DNA of 64,000 bases, taken from positions 35,526,001-35,590,000 of the forward strand of contig NW_026262745.1 of the NCBI RefSeq assembly GCF_021869535.1, written 5' to 3'. Shown piece by piece: positions 38,601 to 50,500 of the stretch (positions within the stretch are counted from its first letter, which is position 1; every line of letters starts with the position of its first letter). Both the position numbers and the translations under genes were made by a program. The notes beneath the pieces were generated by a model. That model saw nothing but the letters and a program-made list of their open reading frames with translations, searched no databases and was not told the DNA's origin. This DNA is from Mytilus californianus (Eukaryota).

Positions 38601-39526
38601 TTTTTTTATTCAAAATATCATGCAATATCTTATACACACAAGAAGCTTTTGTATTAATCCTTCAATTAGGATTGTCATTAAAATGTTTGTCTAATGCAGA
38701 CACTACTGCAATTATAACTATAATTATTTCTTTATTTATTATCTTAATTGTTAAGATTTTTATATGTACCTGTAATTATAACTATAATTATTTCTTTATT
38801 TATTATCTTAATTGGTAAGATTTTTATATGTACTTGTATTATTTTTTTTATATTCCAGGTTTACCAGCTGTTATCATGATAGGTATCCTGTTATCGTGTT
38901 TATTGAGTTTAGTCCTTGTAGCATTGGTTTTATACCTTTTGTGTAATAGGAAAAGGTATATGTATAATTCATCTTCTTAATTTACTATGTGACATCCCGA
39001 ATATTGGACAAACAGAAAGCCAATTATTTTTCCTGCATATATTTAAAGTATTAAGGCAATGTATGATAAAAAAAAAATGACCATTCTGAATAATTATTAC
39101 ACTTTTGACTTCAAGTAAGATAGAACCCACAATCATGTTTTACTTGCAAATAGATGATGTGACGGTGCTGCCGTGGTACGAATAGTCCTTATAGGTAATT
39201 ATTACAATTCACATCAATGTTTGTTGAAAATAGCGGTAAAAGACGAATAAAATGCAAGAATTGTAAGGTGCAAACTACCTCAAAAGGTTGTTTTTTTGTG
39301 AGCAAAGTACATTACAATAAGTCTTGAACTTGCTTTTCATAGGAACTAAATGTTTCTTGAATAAAATGATGTGCTCTTGTATTTCAAGTAGAAGTTAGAA
39401 TATTGTGAACAAGAAAATATTTTTTTATTATTTTTTACTAAATACAGAAGAAATAACAGAGAAGAAAAGATTGATCATGATAGTACGATAGAAAATGCAG
39501 AAAAAGTTACAATGACGCAACTTTAG
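32669..39526 (+). CDS. VR2: vWA - double stalk - TM receptor with a truncated, tyrosine-free tail, 371 aa (chimeric; possibly a decoy or decaying gene)
   Basis: Exons 32669-32747 (MEKLVIILCTTLCITLFINRTQSTKN), 33987-34538 (vWA, DITFLVDTTGD...), 37110-37316 (stalk A), 38257-38358 (stalk B, DNGTTASHLNGCVVCYPATTE...), 38859-38955 (TM, GLPAVIMIGILLSCLLSLVLVALVLYLLCNRKR) and 39448-39526 (RNNREEKIDHDSTIENAEKVTMTQL*). All junctions in frame. Confidence 0.85.
32870..33120 (+). mobile_element. SINE-like dispersed repeat (second, inverted copy at about 42340-42570)
   Basis: Shared GTATGAATACACA..GGAACGTTAAATC..GAGAGT..TGCACGTTAAAA..GGTGGCCTGTTGCAAGGCAA. GGACGTTAAA/CACGTTAAA motifs recall Deu/Nin-domain SINEs; this family assignment is unverified. 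Confidence 0.45.
33395..33530 (-). mobile_element. Degenerate hammerhead-bearing repeat (related remnants at about 29160-29260 and 54430-54830)
   Basis: The minus strand reads TTTTGATTCGAGTGTCACTGGTAAGTCTTGTGCAGATGAAACGGGCGTCTGGCGT...AAGCCTGGTATCTTTGATGAG. The core is mutated (CTGGTAA). Confidence 0.55.
35537..35700. repeat. Near-perfect 164 bp palindrome (hairpin-type MITE)
   Basis: GAAATAATTCATGGAAGCCATAG..AAATTTACACATGGCCTGGGCCGTGATATTCG..AATTTTATCC and its reverse complement flank the centre CTCGCTAACGCTCA. Confidence 0.85.
38710..38837 (+). repeat. 64 bp tandem duplication just upstream of the VR2 TM-exon acceptor
   Basis: AATTATAACTATAATTATTTCTTTATTTATTATCTTAATTG(T/G)TAAGATTTTTATATGTAC(C/T)TGT at 38710 and 38774. 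Confidence 0.85.
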
Positions 39527-40339
39527 GAGTAAAAGGATATATCTACAAAAAGTGTATTACCAGCTTCGATATCAAACCTACAACAGGAAAGAATGTAAAG
39601 GATATACTGACTTTCTCTTGAAGATAGAAGTGTTACCTTATCTGTCATCAATCTTAAAATATCTCTATAAAATATAATCTGTTTTGTTTACATGTATTTA
39701 CTTGCCTCACATGTTCGCTACTTCGAAACTACAAAAAAAACTTCGTCAAGTGACTAAAAAGGGAAAATGTTTCAAAATCCTGTCAATCGTTAAAGGAAAA
39801 GTATTATCATTGAAAAATTACATAAGTTTTGAAATTTCTTTTAATAATGTATACAATGTCACTTGATATTGATACAACCTTTTGGTTTCATATATTTGTT
39901 GAACCTAACTGCCACCAAGCCTCCGAAAGCCCTTGGAAGGTTTTTGCATTAGCTGTTGTCCAACAACTTTTCCTGTCAATCATTGTATTTTCTACAACTT
40001 TTCCATAAAATCTTGTCCTATAAATTGAAATGCCAATTGACATCAAACTTGGCCGGAAACATTCTTAGAGGGTTATTTTAAAAGTTATATCCAATGAGCC
40101 GGTTGTCAAAGATACGGCATAAATATGCAAGTTAAACCATACGATAACATTCACAATATGTTTAATGTCAACACCTTCTCTAAAGTTCAAATTATAATGG
40201 AAAGAAAGAACAATTTACACCCCTTTTATAATCGTGGTTGTTAATCCAACACTTTGCCGCCTTTACTTTAAAGAAAATATGTCAAAATTCCATTAACAAT
40301 CTGAAAATGAGACCAGAGACAAGCAACATTTCAATGTTA

Positions 40340-43300
40340 ACCTGAAACATTTAAGGCTTTTCTGTTTAGTTCTTTTGTTTCCCCCCGAATAGGGTTAATA
40401 TATTGGAATCCCAAACTTTTGGTCTCGAGTATTCCCGATGAATACTACACAATAAACATGTACCATCTGCATGTGAATCAATTATATATATAGTTGATGT
40501 GGTTCCCTCGGTTTTAGTTTGTAACCCGGGTTTGTTTTCTCTCAATCGATTTATGACTTTTGAACAGCGGTATACTATTGTTGCCTTTATTTATATCTTC
40601 CCCCTAAAACAGGCCAGGCGTGCAATTATATTATATTGTCTTATACTTTTTAAAACAACCGAAAACGTAAACTGCAACTTAATCGATTGAACATTTTCGA
40701 AAAAAAATCTGGGCTGGTGTAGTATTCTAAGAGACTAGATGTTGTCTGAAAAATGGTTTCCATTTTTCGAAAAGAAAACGTTTTCAACACAAAATATACG
40801 TAAAGCTAGTTTAAAAATGCAGAAAAGGATTGTCATTTATGTCCGTTTAACTGAAGGCTTCCGTGAGGATTTAATATGATGTGAACATATAATTAAACGA
40901 TTTAGATAGTTGACTGCACCATTTAAAATTAGTTAAATTCTCTCTTTTCTATTCAAGATAATAAATTGCAAGGGCACTTTGCTTATTCAAAATTAAAGAT
41001 GTCATCAATGTTGACCTGGTTTTTAATACATTGAAAAATACCTTATGACCAATAGATGATTTACACGTCGAAAACATCATTAAATTGCTGCATTTTTCTT
41101 GTTGAACATGGTGAGTGTCCTTGTAAAGAACGATAAACAAACATACCGAACTCCAAGGTTAATTCAAAAAGGGGAAAGTCCATAAAACGTGACAAAAATG
41201 AAAGCTCGACAATATTAACCAATAGAACGAATGTAAAACAACTGTGATATTTCTGGCTTGTTACAATTTTTTCCGAAGAAAAGAGTGGGTTAAACCCAGT
41301 TTTATAGCTATATAAACCTCCCACTTGTAAGACAGTTGTTTATAGTTCCGTACAGACTTTATTTTTTATATCAAAAAATGAAAGCCTGATGGAAAATTAA
41401 CAGCAAACACGACATAGTTGTAATGTACACCTCAAATATGAAGGTAACTTTCTAGTTTCTACATCGTAATCAGCATGAGACATTGCCAACAGTATCATTT
41501 GCTTATGCACTAATTTTCCATAATTTTCGAAATCTGTACATAATATACTATACATTTATTTCTCCTCGCCTTTATGGGAGATGAAGATATTTTTCGAGTG
41601 CATTGTCCGATGGAAATATGATTGTTCGAGGGTGAACAAATACGAAATGAAAAAGCATTTGATACCAAAAATTCCGAAAAGTTTTGCCAAATACGGCTAA
41701 AACTCGATATTTACCATACTATCGCTGCGTTTAGACATTACATAAACCGCGTGTTGACACGATGCTTAGACGGGGAATTCGACACTTTGAGTGAATATTA
41801 TGCTCAGAGGGGATCATAATGTTCTGTTAAATATTACTTTGGTTAAGATTTAATTTACAAATACTAATTAAACTATTAATACTTACATACCGTTGAATAA
41901 AATGCACTATCAAATAAAGTTGGTCTTCTGTTAGATTTCTTAATGTGAATTGGTTCTAACAAATCCTTTTTTATATAAAATTTCATTTATGACGACCTCT
42001 TTATATTCATATGAAGTATGAAAAGGACGAACAAACTCTGATAATTTGTTTAAGTTAAGGAGTATTTCCCCCATACACACGGAAAACTTAGATAGGCCTA
42101 TTAACTGCTTAGGTATCGTATTCTCGGAGCTCTCGAAGACTTAAGTATATACAATATTTTACATTTTCAGAGTATTGTTGCTACGAATTATAACCTTAGA
42201 ATGTCTAAAACGATTTTTTCGTGGAAACTTAAGTTCGCTTTAGTGTAGGATTTGATTGATTGATTGTTGTTAGTTTAACGTTCAGTAGCAAATAGTTCAT
42301 GTATGTTCAGGACGAAAACATATTCACTCTAAAAACAATAGATAGGTTCTACAAGGTATGGATTGACCGGAGTGAAGGGCGGGTAATTTGGACTGCTGCA
42401 TTGTAATGAGGCTGCGTTTGATAGCAAAAGAAACGTTGCCATGCAACAGGCCAAATACGGAAAACTCAGAGAGTTGTTACAAGGTTTTTTTAAACGTGCA
42501 GTGAGCGTAGTACTCTCTTTACACGAGGCACCAGATTCAATTCCGACAGGACGTTGCTGTGTATTAATACACACACAGCCAACTTAAGCAAGGATTTTAC
42601 GTCATGAACGGGAGGAGTTCAGGTGACCAATGTTCATGCCTTAGCAAATGTTCAGTGTTGTGAAAATTTTAAAGAAGAAACTTATATCTTTGTAACGTGA
42701 CTTCCACGAAGACCTTTCAAGTTCAATTTTGCGGATGTTGTCGCAATAATTATTCCAGAGATTTGCTTCTTTGACAGTCTCGAATTGGTTACAACTGTTT
42801 CCGGTTGATAAGATTGTTTGTGTTGCTTTGCGGTAAGGTTGTTTTTTACATACAACAACTGTTTTCGGTTGATAAGATTGTGTGCTTTGCGATAAGGTCT
42901 TTTTAAAATGCAACATAGATAGAGTACGCTTCATCTTTCCTCCCCCTAAAAAAAAGAGAGAATATCTTTCGAATATCTTATTTTCCACGACTACAACACC
43001 TTCAGGCAATGATTACCTGAGACATTTAAGGATTTTCTGTTCAGTTCTTTTGTTTAACTCCTAAAAGGGTTAATATTTTGGATTTTCAAACGTTTGGTCT
43101 CGAGTATTTCCAATTTTCGAAAGCAAATGTTTTCAACACAAGATAGACCTAAAGCTAGATTAAAAATGCAGAAAAATGATTGTCATCTATGTCCGTATAA
43201 TTAAAAGCAGTCGTACGGGATTTAATATCGTGTGAACATATAATTATACGATTTAGATACTAGAAGTTGACTGCACCATTTTAAATTAGTTAGATTCTAT

Positions 43301-43455
43301 CTTTAATATTCAAGATAATAAATTGCTTGGTTTTAGAAAAAAATCAAAGATGTCTTCAATTTGTACCTGATTTTCAATACATTGAAAAATACCTTATGAC
43401 CAATAGATTATTTACACGAAGAAAATATCATTAAATTGTTGCATTTTTCTTGTTG
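40340..43455 (+). repeat. Diverged direct duplication in the VR2-VR3 intergenic region (about 40340-41105 versus 43015-43455)
   Basis: Collinear shared blocks CTGA(A/G)ACATTTAAGG.TTTTCTGTT, TTTGGTCTCGAGTATT, GTTTTCAACACAA, AAAAATGCAGAAAA, GTTGACTGCACCATTT, TACATTGAAAAATACCTTATGACCAATAGAT and TGCATTTTTCTTGTTG. Confidence 0.75.
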
Positions 43456-44529
43456 TGCAAAACCTTTTATCCAACGTCAATACAAAACAAAGAAGACCCT
43501 CATAAACATATAGGAAATTTCATGCAAGTGCATATTTATAAATAAGGAAAATTTATGGCTTTTTTTAGAAGTGACCTACGTCTGTTTCTATGTGTAAGAT
43601 ATACCATTATAATCACGACATAATATAAATATTATTTTTTTTTTAACAAAAGATGACATGAACCCTTATATTATCAAAATATAGAGAAATATAATATATT
43701 TCAAAATACCACATGTAGATTTCGTTACAATTATACGCTGCTTGTAACCTCTTCTGTTCTCTATTGGTGTGGATAGGTTTAGACAAAAGTAGTAAACAAC
43801 CCTTTTGTCATTTATTGCTAATTAACAAGTCTTTAATATAGTCAGTGATTTAAGAGTTTTAAAAATAAAAGTGAAAAAAAAAAAGATTTCAAATGATTAA
43901 ATCAAGGCGTAAATAGGTACATAACTTGATAACAAAGTCACTATATACCCTTTCAGTAAACAATAGATGGAAGTGTTTGCTACTGTGTGATTTTCATGGC
44001 TACCGAACTCTTATCGTGTCAACATTGTTTACTGTGCACCACGGTTCATTCAGCAATAAAATGATTGAATTATCAAAGACTGATCACGATTTAAAAAAAC
44101 AAAAAGAAAATTGAGATTTTATTAAAAGGTTATTGTTTCTTAGTCAAGCCGTCGAGTGTCACTTCATTTTAACATTCTTACAATGAACGTTGCATAATTA
44201 CATTTGTCTCATATTCAGCCTTGAAATTTGATGTGTTGAAAACAGTTAATTGAAATACGACTAACGAAAGGAAAAAAATAGAGAAGGGAACATTAATTTT
44301 GAAAGGTTATATATGATTGTATATAATTCAAAGAACTCGTGTAATAGAAAGATTTCAACTGTCACATGAAGCTATAAATGTTTAGACTTGATTACAGACA
44401 AAAGAAGAACTATGTATGTCCAATGGAGATATACAAGAAATAATAAGGAGAAAAGGTGTTACCATAAACTTTGAATCAAACAAAAAGAAGAAAATACGGC
44501 ACTGAGGATTCAATAGAAAATGGTTATTC

Positions 44530-47500
44530 ATGGGACAGCTAATCATCATCTTGTGTACCGCGTTCTATTTAATTATAATGTTAACCAGTACACGTTCTGC
44601 AAAAAATGGTAAGTTTTGGCATGTTTGCCAATACATCATGAAATTTTGTATGGATTATTACTTTGTGAATTAGGATGTTTGTCTCAGTAACCAGTTTTTT
44701 CTCTTTTAAATCAATTAACACAAGTACTACTTCTCATTTGCCTTTGGTGGTATATAGGCCAATATACAAGTAACCGGAATATTAAATTGCATATTGTTGA
44801 ATAGCGGTAAAAGAGTTACAACAAACTATGTAAAAGTTGACCAACCTAATAACTTACTCCTTAATTCTAAATAGTTAAATATTTGTAGACTTTTCTTGCT
44901 TGTCCGATTAATAATACAAGTTTCAAATTCAATTATTGCTAAAATTTATTTATTGTTATGCAATCGAGGAGAGTTTTGCATTAGGAGGTCTTTTTTATCT
45001 GTGGATTTAATTACAAATATTGCATAAACAATGTTTTAAACCTTTAAATGATATAACGTAACACTAACAACAAGACGTACCCTTTTTGTGTAAACTTCGT
45101 TTTGTGTCTTCTTTATCTACGTACGTCCTAAAAATGCATGAAATTTTAGCGACTATCAACAATTGAATCTATATAATTTATATGTTATGATGAATGTTAC
45201 AATTTTGTTATCAGGCAATAGGATCTTCTTTAAAAACAACATTCCGATAACGAAAACCATTGTTTACTTACATTAGTATCTTGTTCACTGTCTGTAATAG
45301 CATAAAACTAAGTTTTACCAAGTCTTAGAGTAAAAATTTAAGATATTTAATATAAGTTTAATATATAATATTTAATATAGTTAATATGTCGGTCCGACTG
45401 TTGATTTTAATGTAAGTGTTGAAGTCAGATTTATTTAAAGAAACAAGCTGGTGATTTATAAAAAAGTGAAATAAAAAAAAGAACCCATTTTCTTATTTTA
45501 TTGATATTAAGTTGGTCTTATTGTTGTATTATTGAATGATGAAATTTAATATTTTTTTCCACAGACATATCATTTTTGGTTGATACCACTGATGACGTTT
45601 CGCAAGACGAATTTTATCAAATCATCGACTTCATTTACAACATAACGAGTAGATTGATAATAGGACCGAATGACAGTATGGTGGCTCTAGTCACATTTAA
45701 CACATCTCCTAAGACACAGTTTCATTTCAACGATATAAGCGACAAATCAAGTTTACTGGATGCTATTATGTCAATTAAAAACAACAGTTTAACAGGTACA
45801 CGTGAAACGCACTTGGCATTAAACCATATTGGAGACAATATCTATGTTTCATCTCAAGGAATGAGGACAGACGCACAGTCTTCGATGCTACTTATCACGT
45901 ATGGAAAGTCACAATCTCCAACACAAACACAATTCGCTGCATTTTTCTTATCATCGACAGTTCAAGCTATTTACGTTATAGGAGTTGGATCGATGATGTA
46001 TGACCCAACTGAAAGAACTGATTTTCCAAATATAGCTAGTTCAACAGAAAACATATTTTATATAGAAGAAATTCCATATCTATGCCATTACATCTTAAAT
46101 ATAACTATTAAACTTGGTATGTATGCTTATCTAGAGAAAGAACTCGTAGGAAAAGTTAAGATTCCGGTCATAAAAAAGTCACTTATAAACTATCATTGTC
46201 AAGAGTGAAGATTCCATGGCTTAATCTAAATTCCGTATAAAAAAGGAAATATGGTATGACTGATAATACTGACACAGCTGGTTTCAGCGCACCTACTCCA
46301 TTCGTACCCATGCATACCCATTAAAAATTTAACAAAACATTGCATATATGATGACAAAATATCAGTTTGTGTTAAAAAAGCATTCATCCACGACAAAATA
46401 TATTAGCGCCACATTGTGAAAACTATAGGTTTCATGTGCGCCACTAAAACTGGTATACAACTTTGACAATTTGATAAATTCAATATGATTTGTATACTTA
46501 AGATATTTAATAAATGATTGACTTCACTCTACATTAACTCTGGCTTAGTCCCAACAGTCTAAACTGGTTGAGTTGAAGTTATTTTAATCATAAAAATTAT
46601 TAATTTTAACGCTGAACTATGTATACCCTATTTGTAAACAGTTATAAGAAATCTCATGTTCTGTGTGAGTAAGCCAAAGGCTGTTATTTTAACATACGAT
46701 GCCTCTCTGAAAGTAATATGTGAAAAACTGTTCTTAATGAAACATTTTTAGCTTTTATAAGTGGTCTTTCAAATGGGCATTAAGGATAATGTGTCGCTTT
46801 TTCAAAATTTCAATTTTTAGGAAATAAAGGGCTCATAGAACAATCCCTCCTTTGGTAGAGATAACAAAAGGACAAACAGAAAAATGTAAGAACAGAGATG
46901 TATAACGTCTTTTCAGAGAGCACTAGACAAGAACATTTTATTGGGTTCACGATTTTTTCGAAATTAATCATCATTAGAAAAGCACATGGGCAAAATATTA
47001 AAAACGAAATACGCACATAACCCCAGTGGCAAAATAAAAGAATCTAAACAAAAAAAGCTAAAATCTTTTTTTCTCTCTCTTTGCCTATGTATATACAACA
47101 TGAAGCCATCAGACAATTCTTTTGTATCATCATAACTTAGTTTTCAATATACTTTTACAAGAAAAACTGTTGACAAGACGAAAAAGCTATTGGCATTTTT
47201 TATTTTAATGTATAAAATTTTCGATTACAGTAATACTTTTTCTGTGAAAATTTTAATTGGCAAATGTTATTGAGCTAATGTGAATAATGGACCATCACAG
47301 TAAACTGCTTTTATAAAGCGCTGAACATCGAGTTGAATGTGGAAAGTTCGTCATACGGCGTATGTATATGAATGAAAATTAATTTTTCAGATTCGAATGC
47401 CACACAGTCCGAAGTTGATGGTTGCCCAGAAATTACAACCACTTCGACAACAACAACAACAATACCAACAACAACAGAAATGGAAACAACAGAATTTACA

Positions 47501-50500
47501 TATTCAACAGTATTAACATATTCAACAGAATTAACATATTCAACAGAATTAACATATTCAACAGAACTAACATATTCAACAGAATCAACGTATTCAACAG
47601 ACTCTTTATCCAAAGAACAAACAAGTAAAACATTAAACATAGGTAGAAGTATATTTTAACTACTTGCAAACTTAAATCATAGAAAAGATACAAAAAGATA
47701 TCGAAATGCACATGACGTGAAAATCATGAATGTGCTGAGATAGATATATTCAATAATCCAATAATCAATTATTTCTATAATCGCATATGAGCATTCAATA
47801 TGTCTTGAAAAAATGGATTTTTATCAAGGTAAATAAAATAACATTTTCAATTAAATAAGATTTTCCAACGCCTTGATAATTTGCTGTTATAACATCGACT
47901 GTGTCGAAAAAATACACCGGCAAAATATGTTTCGACTCGTAAATTTCATATTTCCAAATCATCATTCAAGAGTAAAAATCCTATTAGAAGTTTACTGATA
48001 ATTTCGCATATGTTTACGCAGATCTTGTCTTGCAGATAATTTTTGTTTTTTACAGTTACTCTCTATCATTTTTTGCCCAAAACATAAAAAAAGGTAAAAT
48101 CAAATTCGTCATTTATGGGCAATTACTCCTATAAGGAATGAATGAAAATAACATCCCTAATTTTTTTACATCCGATACGCTTTTCTGGATTTACCTTCAA
48201 ACAGAAGTACAAACAGTAAAAATCAATAACGTATCAAACAATCCTGGCTGACCGCGGCCAATGAAAGCAAACTCAACCGGTTAGAAAAAAAGTGATGCAA
48301 GTAATGTACTGATTTACGTCGAATATACAGATAATTCGAATTGATATATAAAACAACCGACGTAACATTTATTCTGTGTAATGCGGCGTTCACAAAGTGC
48401 CGATTATGGCTCCCGTTTGAGATCAGACAGCGCTAAGACACAAAAAGTGAAAAAAATTGGGATTACTATCCTCAATGATCTGGAATGTCCTATCATTGTC
48501 TGAACGCAGTCGTATACGTTCGTAACAAATTCCTACGGATCGGAAATGGTCCGGAGAGATCGGTCAAGCACCCCGACAGTTAGGTGCGTCCCGTAACATT
48601 CGGGGAAACTCAGACGATTTTGTCTAGTCGGATTACAATCGTGACTATGTCGTGACAGATTCTGCTGTATCGGATCAAAATCGTAACAATGGTCTGTGTT
48701 TTCTGGACGGTGTCCTGGGGAACGGGCATGATCTGAAGAAATTTGTCATTGCTGTTTTTTGCCGATTGAGTCCAGATTGCATCCAGATCTTGCCGAATGC
48801 GAACCGTCTTTGTTCCGGAACAGTCCCGTTAATAATACGAAATTCGGTAATAATACCCACTTCGGAGTCCCGACAATCATAGAACACGATACGACGGAGT
48901 CCCGACAAAGCCGTTTGCAACGTGGTACAGCAGACTGTATTAGGATTGCGTTCCGGTAGTACCTGATCATACCAAATATGGCGATTTATTATAATACGGG
49001 ACTATCACATGAAACGGTTTTCTAACGGATATCTTCCGTCAGCGTCGGTTTACTGTCTGGTCACTGTCTGATCTCTGTCGGATCGCATACGGTATAATCG
49101 GGACGCTGTGGGAACATATTCGGTCGTTTTTTACCATGCGAAAGATACAAATCGAATTAGAATTGGATTGAGAACGGGATAATCGGCACAAATTCGGCTG
49201 GAAACGGATGAATTTGGACGCTTCCTGAACGATATCTGAATTTTGTCGTGATTAGATAAATGTTTTTACAAATTAAAGTTTGAATTACCAGCCGCGATTC
49301 ACCGGATCTTGATCAGACTTTTGACAAATTTTAATCGGGAATGGTCCTATCAAGGACGGCAGTAAAAATCGTCAATGTGTGACCCCGGCTTTATACCCCA
49401 TCACACTAGGACCACGATCCCGTTACGACCTCAGAAATAATGAAGTCGTAGTAAGAACGTGGTTGTCGTAGTAAGGTCGCAGTAAGGACGTGCCAAGTCT
49501 TCATGATCGCGGAGGTTCACGACTTATTTTTAAAAATTATGAGTGAGATTTTTTTATAATCACTAAAATCTGAACTATATATATAATAACACAGTTTATT
49601 TGTTAACTTTCTGCATGTCAATGTTTGTAGGTGACCGTGCAATAATAGTTGTGTCAGTTATTACTGTGGTGTTGGTACTAGTCACCGTAATCGTTGGGAT
49701 AACCGTTATATATTACTTATTAAAATACAGGTGAGTACAGATAATATGAAAATAAGAAGATGTGGTATGATTGCCAATGAGACAACTCTCCACAAGAGAC
49801 CAAATGACACAGAAATTAACAACTACTGTAAACCAACTTATTTTCGCGGATACTTTATTTCGCGATTTTCTAATTTTCGTCATCTATTTACATAACGGAG
49901 GACATGCATTTTATGCATTCGCAACAATTAATATTCGCGTTATTTTCCTACTCGCGAAACTCGCGAAATTAAATCTCTCTCGAAAATTAGTTGGTTTACA
50001 GTATAGGTCACATAAAATTGAGAATGGAAATGGGGAATGTGTCAAAGAGACAACAACCCGACCACAGAACAGACAACAGCAGAAGGTCACCAACAGGTCT
50101 TCAATGCAGCGAGAAATTCCAGCACCCGGAGGCGTCCTTCAGCTGGCCCCTAAAAAAATATATATACTAGTTCAGTGATAATGAACGCCATACTATACTC
50201 CAAATTGTACACAAGAAACTAAAATTAAAAATAATACAAGACTAACAAAGGCTAGAGGCTCCTGACTTGGGACAGGCGCAAAAATGCGGCGGGGTTAAAC
50301 ATGTTTATGAGATCTCAACCCCCCCCTATACCTCTAGCCAATGTAGAAAAGTAAACGCATTACAATACGCACATTAAAATTCAGTTCAAGAGAAGTCCGA
50401 GTCTGATGTCAGAAGGTGTAACCAAAGAAAATAAACAAAATGACAATAATACATAAATAACAACAGACTACTAGCAGTTAACTGACATGCCAGCTCCAGA

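Noticed and set aside
42641-43009. 122 aa orphan ORF
   Set aside because: No recognisable domain. It contains an internal duplication of about 45 bp and sits between repeat fragments; a BLASTX would be needed.
48652-48970. Four overlapping ORFs in a GC-rich patch, suggesting a foreign gene
   Set aside because: They lie within a TIR-bounded non-autonomous element, where higher GC lowers stop frequency. There is no protein motif.
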